A stretch of 64,000 nt of DNA from a virus. Lineage: Duplodnaviria; Caudoviricetes. How positions within the stretch are numbered: the first letter of the stretch is position 1; the number at the start of each line of letters is the position of its first letter. Positions 58,269 to 64,000 of this stretch are shown here, one piece after another. The DNA lies in the IMG/VR virus record IMGVR_UViG_3300031760_000024, positions 22,827 through 86,826 of that record. One strand, given 5' to 3'. Below the pieces are notes generated by a model, which was not told the DNA's origin, made no database searches, and worked only from the letters and a program-made list of their open reading frames with translations. Position numbers and translations under genes: made by a program.

Positions 58269-60008
58269 TTATTTTCTAAATATCCCACCATATCTGGATT
58301 TCTTGCCAGACTGGTTTGTTAAAGAGCTGCCAAAAGACTTGGTGCCAAATGTCTTCTTTGTATTATTATCAGAATTAATCTGAACACCATTTACCTTTGC
58401 ATACTCAAGCAACTGCTTATCCAGTTCTGCCCTAACTTCATCAACAGACATTGTGAAGTGAGTATCCTGCTCTGCCAGTTTCTTGTATGCTTCAGTATCA
58501 GCGATCTGTGCATAGCACTTTTCAGCAAGTACCGCTTGCTTTTCAGGTTCAGCCTTAAACGATGCTAATTCTGACTCGATAGAAGAGTAGTTAGCCTTCA
58601 TAGCGTCCAACGTTTTCTCTTCTTCAGGCGTTACATAGATAGCCTTAACTTCTACGCGCTCGTCTACGAGAGTATAGTTATTCTTCTTAACCTTATAAGA
58701 TTGCCTATATGCTCTACCAGACCAATATCCACGCATCACAACTTCCTTGGAGTCATCGTAAACAATGACATCATAAAAGTCACCGTCTGCATCAGCATAA
58801 GTGTTGTTGACAAGAGAATACAAAGCCTCAATCTTATCATTCAGAGAAACTGCAAATGTTTTTGTTTCATCTCCCTTAGTGATTGTCATGGAGTAGTAGT
58901 TCACTTCTTCTTGCTCACCATCAGATGCATCATTGTTAGCATTATTAGCATCATAACCAGTCTCCTGATTTACATTCTGATCGGGCTGATCATTCTGATC
59001 CGGTTCATCCTGCTGATCATCAGACTTATCATTGTCTTGATCATCATTCTGTCCATCATCGTCTTGATCATCATCCTTGTCATCATCCTTGTCATCATCA
59101 CCTGAATCATCGCCTTCACCGGAAGGAGTTACATCGTCATCCTCACCCTTCTTTTTCTTTTTGGGTGCGTCTTCAAAATGCTCTGCAAATAACGCCTCAA
59201 GCTCCTCGTCTGAAAGCCCTTCATACTCAAAGTCAATCTCTTCGACTGTCTTGCTATACTTCTTTAAAAGTTCTTCAAACAACGGTTTATTACCTCCTTC
59301 CTTTGTTTCTCGTTCGCCCACAGAATAAGAGGCTATATATTTTTCAAGAGATTGTTTTAACTCTTGAATAATATCAATCATTTGTCGTTCTCTACTATCT
59401 TCATCAATAGAGAAAACTGTAGCGTGTGCTTTTGCCATACCCGGTTTAGTATCTTCTCCAAGAAGAGTAACAGCACACATAGTCATTTTGTCCACTTGTA
59501 ATACTTTGTCTTGAGCATCATAAGATATTTCTTCACAACTAATCTCAGCCGACACTGATGTTGTTCCACCACGATGCTCTAAAATATCTGCACAATAATT
59601 ACCATAATCACGATAAATAAGTGCATCAACCCATACATAATCATTACCAGTTTCTTCATCTGGAATGATTTCAAAATTATTATTCTCGGGAACAACCCCT
59701 ACAACTTTCTCATCATAAATGATTCGTTCATCACCAGTGAAAAAATCTTCCTCAACATGCATATCATGTGAACCATAATCCATATGTTGATTACCATCTT
59801 TATCAGTAGTAATTATCACATTCGCAAGTATTGGTATGTTTGCGAATGTGTTTTTAGCCGCTTTGATTACACTAGTTGTAAATTTTGAATTGTTCAAATT
59901 CTTACCAGAGTGCATAACTGCTATTCGAACCCTCATAAAGCGGTTATCTTGGAATGAATCATCTACTTTAAATAGAGAAGGTGTTTGAATTATGTGCTTT
60001 TCCGACAT
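58269..60008 (-). CDS. Prohead protease-scaffold fusion
   Basis: Start MSEKH at 60008; VMHSGKNLNNS, SVSAEI, AVTLLG..PGM protease motifs; D/Q-rich linker; helical C-terminus. Confidence 0.8.
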   Translation of the reverse strand: MSEKHIIQTPSLFKVDDSFQDNRFMRVRIAVMHSGKNLNNSKFTTSVIKAAKNTFANIPILANVIITTDKDGNQHMDYGSHDMHVEEDFFTGDERIIYDEKVVGVVPENNNFEIIPDEETGNDYVWVDALIYRDYGNYCADILEHRGGTTSVSAEISCEEISYDAQDKVLQVDKMTMCAVTLLGEDTKPGMAKAHATVFSIDEDSRERQMIDIIQELKQSLEKYIASYSVGERETKEGGNKPLFEELLKKYSKTVEEIDFEYEGLSDEELEALFAEHFEDAPKKKKKGEDDDVTPSGEGDDSGDDDKDDDKDDDQDDDGQNDDQDNDKSDDQQDEPDQNDQPDQNVNQETGYDANNANNDASDGEQEEVNYYSMTITKGDETKTFAVSLNDKIEALYSLVNNTYADADGDFYDVIVYDDSKEVVMRGYWSGRAYRQSYKVKKNNYTLVDERVEVKAIYVTPEEEKTLDAMKANYSSIESELASFKAEPEKQAVLAEKCYAQIADTEAYKKLAEQDTHFTMSVDEVRAELDKQLLEYAKVNGVQINSDNNTKKTFGTKSFGSSLTNQSGKKSRYGGIFRK

Positions 60009-60025
60009 AATTATGCTCCTTCCTG

Positions 60026-61309
60026 TCAATTATTAATTTTAAATTCTTCTTTAATTCGCCAATAATATCCCCGATATTTTCTGTTATTATTCATCGCATT
60101 AATTAATTGGTGATGTACATCTGTTGTATTAAAATAACGAGCAACACTTTTCCCACTAGGAAATTCCTTAACTACATTCATATTATCATCGATCATTTCA
60201 TACGTTTTATCTATTCTGTTTAATTTTCTCACTAACGGTTGATTGTATGGTGTAATTAAATATCCTTTACAACTACCACCTCTTTTTAGCACCTTTGCTA
60301 TTTCACCGCTTGGACATTTTAAAAAATCTTCCGCTTCTTTATAACAAGAGCATCGAGTAATATACCAACCTTGTAAGTCATAAATTTTGACTGCTCGTAA
60401 CTGTCTAGACATTGGATATTTATTAAAATCATCACCTTCATAGCGTAATACATATCTCTTATACTTTAATTTCTTACCAATAACATTATCTCTAAGTTCT
60501 TCAGTAGATATACCAATATAATGACATGCGTCAATAAAATCATCATATGTATTTAATAATTCACCAAAGGCATTATAAACACATATACGTCGACCATCCC
60601 ACCAAGAACTTCTATCCAATTTACGTTGTTTCTTAATTTCTTTTGGCATTGCTTTGCTTACATAAGGTTTTTTAATACGTTCTTTTTTTGGATGTTCTTT
60701 TTCCCATTTTTCCCAATATATACGAGATTTTTCATATCGATTTTTGATACCAGTTTCATAATCTGGAGCTATTGGATCATCATCTTTATATGCCCAAACA
60801 AAACCAGCAGCAGTATAATAATAATGGTGACATACAGCCCATATCGTTGCATTGTCAATATTGTTGTCTTTTGCAGCATTCATTATTGAATCGTATTCTT
60901 GTATTGGGTTTAAATCTTTATCATACTTAATCACATGACGGCCACTGACATGTTTATTATCTCCGCCAGCTTCTGTATTATATCCATTACACAACGGATC
61001 ATATATACAAGTATGATATTTAGATATATATTGTTTTTCTAATTCATTTAATTGTTTAATTAATTCATCTTTATTTACAGAAGTTATTTTTTCAATTTCT
61101 TCTATATGAAATTGATCTCTGCCATAACATCTCATTGCATTGTATAATATTGATTTTCCTTTATAATCAGAAATACATGCTGTTTTATGACCATGCCAAC
61201 GTTCTTTAATAGTACTATATGTTTGACCAATATATAGCTTATCATTTACATTATTCCAGATCTTATAAATAAAACCTTCCCACATGCCAGTTTCTTTGTT
61301 ATATGCCAT
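60026..61309 (-). CDS. Free-standing GIY-YIG homing endonuclease with NUMOD1-like repeats
   Basis: GFIYKIWNNVNDKLYIGQT, ERWHGH, ELEKQYI, GYN; repeated (K/V)YD..G....Y.S..A modules; start at 61309 or 61315. Confidence 0.88.
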   Translation of the reverse strand: MAYNKETGMWEGFIYKIWNNVNDKLYIGQTYSTIKERWHGHKTACISDYKGKSILYNAMRCYGRDQFHIEEIEKITSVNKDELIKQLNELEKQYISKYHTCIYDPLCNGYNTEAGGDNKHVSGRHVIKYDKDLNPIQEYDSIMNAAKDNNIDNATIWAVCHHYYYTAAGFVWAYKDDDPIAPDYETGIKNRYEKSRIYWEKWEKEHPKKERIKKPYVSKAMPKEIKKQRKLDRSSWWDGRRICVYNAFGELLNTYDDFIDACHYIGISTEELRDNVIGKKLKYKRYVLRYEGDDFNKYPMSRQLRAVKIYDLQGWYITRCSCYKEAEDFLKCPSGEIAKVLKRGGSCKGYLITPYNQPLVRKLNRIDKTYEMIDDNMNVVKEFPSGKSVARYFNTTDVHHQLINAMNNNRKYRGYYWRIKEEFKINN

Positions 61310-61316
61310 AATCATT

Positions 61317-61420
61317 CCTCGTTTCTCCTCGTTCTAAATAATAAAAGACAAGGACGCGGCGAACGAGGTTACCGCATTATTATGGGTAGCTACTCCCATA
61401 ACTCCTTGTCTTGTTATTAA
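61317..61420 (-). ncRNA. Structured leader RNA, copy B (three-way junction plus SD pseudoknot)
   Basis: P1 AAGACAAGGA/UCCUUGUCUU; P2 UUAUGGG-AGUAGCUA-CCCAUAA; P3 GCGG/CCGC with loop CCUCGUUC complementary to GAACGAGG at the SD. Confidence 0.7.
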
Positions 61421-61458
61421 CAAAATAAAATAGGAGACAGACATACTATCTGTCTCCC
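61421..61458 (-). terminator. Intrinsic terminator after the portal gene
   Basis: GGAGACAGA/TCTGTCTCC stem followed by TATTTTATTTT on the - strand. Confidence 0.75.
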
Positions 61459-61521
61459 AACCGTAATCAGTACGGTTATCTTCTAATTTGATGTTAACGC
61501 TCCCAGTGTAGCCGGGAATCG

Positions 61522-63123
61522 CTATTTATTTCTTGAACGATCACCTGATGGAGATAATTCCGTATCATCTTTTTGTGGCGCACCACCAGTATTATCTCCA
61601 TTGTTGCTCGTTGTATACGAACTCTGTAATGGATATTTCATCATATCCTGTAATTTCAGTACATTAGTTTCAAAAGCCAACTGTGCTAATGTTTGTCGTT
61701 CAGTAAATCCTAATAAAGTACCATAAGCCAATCTATAAGAATAACTATATTGATTTGCCTCCAATAATGATTTTCTATATTCGTCTTTTGTATGAATTGT
61801 AACTGGCATTAAATCTACATTACACGGATTAGAAACATGTAATATTAATTGTAAATTTGTCCAAGCTGTTATTTGTGGTAATACGCTATTCAGTACATAT
61901 GACGACTCTGAACGTAATGCCGCATTAATTAATGCAGTATTATTGACCATCTTGTTTCCGTTGAGTAACGCTCCAATACCACCTGACGAACCAAGAATCT
62001 GTTGCTGTGAATTTTCTACTCTATTTACATCATCAGAAACATTGTCAGAAAAATCAATAGTCTTTAATTCTTTTCCGGGAATAACAGCAGTAGACACATT
62101 TGCAGGGATTGCCTTATCTGCTGCAATCTCAAAATAATCTATTGCCAAGTCAGGAGTTACTTCAAATTCATCTGGATTTCTTGCACCACTTAACGTTGGA
62201 AGTGGAAGATATATCATTCTATAAAACGATAATTGATCCGCAGAACTCTGTGTATCAGACAAGTCATTTAAATTTGCCAACGGTATTAAATCATGTAATA
62301 ACGGTGGTATAATTGCATTTATCATATCTGTATGAAATTTTAAAACACAACTATACTCAGCTGGTACGTGAATATATTTAATGCCAGTACGTTCATATTC
62401 TTTCCACATTGATGTTAATGGTTCGCCAAGCCATTCAATTAATTCTTGTCTTTGTACTGATTTCCATCGGCTCATATCTAACGCCATGCCATAACATGTT
62501 CCACCATATACCGTATATACCGAATCTATTATTGCTTCATTTGGATCAATCCTCCAAAACATACTGCCAGTATCATCTTTAAAAAATAGATTAAACGAAA
62601 TATCATCAATCCACATATTAACTAATGGAGCATTCATGTTATTTTGCAAACTTAATACATCCATAAAGTTAATTGTTGCATCAAATTGTTTTAACATATT
62701 TTCCGGTGAATTATCTTTAACCAAAGAATAATCTGGCGTTATCTTTCTACAATCTAGACAATACATTCCAGCAATCGTATATATCATTTTGTTATATATT
62801 GGTGATCTATAAAATAAATATCTACTTGCATTAATTAGATTTTTAGAGTTCGCATAAAGATTTCCGGTTAAATATCCGCGAACAGTATCTCTATTGATAG
62901 AAGATAAAGTGATTAACTCCGCATTTTTAGTTACATCACGAATTGTTCTCATCACCTTTTCTTCTTTAGCATTAGCATATCTTTTTACTTGTCGTTCTTC
63001 CTCTAATTTAAATTGTTCTCTTATAGCGGCTACCGATTGATTTGGTCTACCAACTTGCTCTTTGATGGTAGCCACTTTTTTGTTCGAGACGCTTGTTGCG
63101 TCAACACCATTTTTCTGCGCCAT
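61522..63123 (-). CDS. Portal protein
   Basis: 533-aa ORF between terminase and protease; SRYLFYRSPIY..I; C-terminal PLQSSYT..GGAP. Confidence 0.8.
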   Translation of the reverse strand: MAQKNGVDATSVSNKKVATIKEQVGRPNQSVAAIREQFKLEEERQVKRYANAKEEKVMRTIRDVTKNAELITLSSINRDTVRGYLTGNLYANSKNLINASRYLFYRSPIYNKMIYTIAGMYCLDCRKITPDYSLVKDNSPENMLKQFDATINFMDVLSLQNNMNAPLVNMWIDDISFNLFFKDDTGSMFWRIDPNEAIIDSVYTVYGGTCYGMALDMSRWKSVQRQELIEWLGEPLTSMWKEYERTGIKYIHVPAEYSCVLKFHTDMINAIIPPLLHDLIPLANLNDLSDTQSSADQLSFYRMIYLPLPTLSGARNPDEFEVTPDLAIDYFEIAADKAIPANVSTAVIPGKELKTIDFSDNVSDDVNRVENSQQQILGSSGGIGALLNGNKMVNNTALINAALRSESSYVLNSVLPQITAWTNLQLILHVSNPCNVDLMPVTIHTKDEYRKSLLEANQYSYSYRLAYGTLLGFTERQTLAQLAFETNVLKLQDMMKYPLQSSYTTSNNGDNTGGAPQKDDTELSPSGDRSRNK

Positions 63124-63144
63124 TATGCGTCTCCTTTCATATTT

Positions 63145-64000
63145 TTATATTCCAATACCACCTCTGATTTGAGAAGCAAGTTTGGATAATAGTGTCTCTT
63201 TATTTGTTTTTGGTTTTTTCAAGATAAGTTTACGTCGTTCTTCCATTAAGGCGTGACCAAGCATACAACAAGTATATGCGCGATCATCATGAAGACGGTT
63301 TGCTTTTTCCGCTACTAACTCAAAAGAGTCCTTTCCAGATTCCCGTTTCTTTCTGACTATGTTCAACAATTCCTCTTTGAGCGCGTCTATATTTGCTAAT
63401 GCAATTTTATCTTTCCAATCCAACTTTATTGTTTTTGTATTAACAGACTGAACCTTTCCTAGTTCTTCCTGTAACTTTTCTTCAAACTCGTTTTCATTTA
63501 GTTTTTCTTTTTTTAACTCTTCTGAAATACGAGCACGTTCCTTATCTAACTTCTTTTGGTCAATATCAAATACAGTAAGATATTCTTTATTGTCATAAGT
63601 TGCAGTAAAGCTGATTTTATCTTGTGTTAACATTTCAATTAAGGATTCATACATTTCAGACTTATATTTTGTAGGACTCATCATATGAATTTTATCTACC
63701 GCATTCGGAAACTGAGATACATAATCGGCAGAGTATTCTTTGTCAATTAGACCCCTGTGTACAATTCCATCCGAGGTTTCCCAATCAGGCATTAAAAAGT
63801 CAGCTATATTAACACCGCCTCCTCCGGAACCAGCATCAATCCATATACCTACAATGTTGCCGTATGCATCTGCTCCAGCATTATAATCAAGTATAATTTG
63901 TTTCAAATACTCGATTTGGTCTGGCGTTCTCATCGGACTTTTAATCTTTTTGCCAACATCAAGAAGGTTAATACCATTTACTATCTTTGCTCGCTTATCT
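63145..64000 (-). CDS. terL: Terminase large subunit, C-terminal nuclease domain (5'-truncated by the window edge)
   Basis: Frame is open to the window end; IWIDAGSGGGG and HDDRAY acidic RNase H-like motifs; upstream of the portal gene. Confidence 0.8.
   Translation of the reverse strand, partial: DKRAKIVNGINLLDVGKKIKSPMRTPDQIEYLKQIILDYNAGADAYGNIVGIWIDAGSGGGGVNIADFLMPDWETSDGIVHRGLIDKEYSADYVSQFPNAVDKIHMMSPTKYKSEMYESLIEMLTQDKISFTATYDNKEYLTVFDIDQKKLDKERARISEELKKEKLNENEFEEKLQEELGKVQSVNTKTIKLDWKDKIALANIDALKEELLNIVRKKRESGKDSFELVAEKANRLHDDRAYTCCMLGHALMEERRKLILKKPKTNKETLLSKLASQIRGGIGI

Larger units (their letters stand above)
1..64000. mobile_element. Segment of a large temperate siphovirus-type phage genome (non-integrated form, attP intact)
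   Basis: Terminase-portal-protease-capsid-tail-TMP-fibre-lysin order on the - strand; replication and nucleotide genes plus xis/int on the + strand; no host housekeeping context anywhere in the window. Confidence 0.95.

Overview
A 64-kb segment of a large temperate siphophage of a low-GC Gram-positive host. SPbeta-like gene organisation and choline-binding-type repeats suggest a clostridial or Lachnospiraceae-type host, but this is inference. On the + strand (1-11.6 kb) are the C-terminal part of DnaE, nucleotide-metabolism genes (dNMP kinase, HAD nucleotidase, intron-split nrdD, dUTPase), an HPr-like gene, a membrane-anchored 3D-like protein, a UDP-sugar dehydrogenase plus glycosyltransferase, and an xis-attP-integrase module. 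The attP is intact and carries the 5' half of a tRNA-Trp. On the - strand (64-11.7 kb) are the terminase C-terminus, portal, protease/scaffold, capsid, head-tail genes, major tail protein with a probable -1 frameshift extension, tRNA-Thr, IscS, a second tyrosine recombinase, holins, a RuvC-like nuclease, a ~3689-aa tape measure protein, baseplate genes, a long fibre-gene array and the endolysin. Three group I introns can be spliced on paper to restore reading frames (nrdD, a head-tail gene, the tape measure gene), and four homing endonucleases of four different families are present. The most striking observation is one structured leader RNA found upstream of two unrelated homing endonucleases (LAGLIDADG and GIY-YIG). 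It is a three-way junction with a conserved UAGCU loop, and a second loop that covaries to pair with each gene's own Shine-Dalgarno sequence. All product calls come from recognising motifs by eye; no database searches or folding programs were run.
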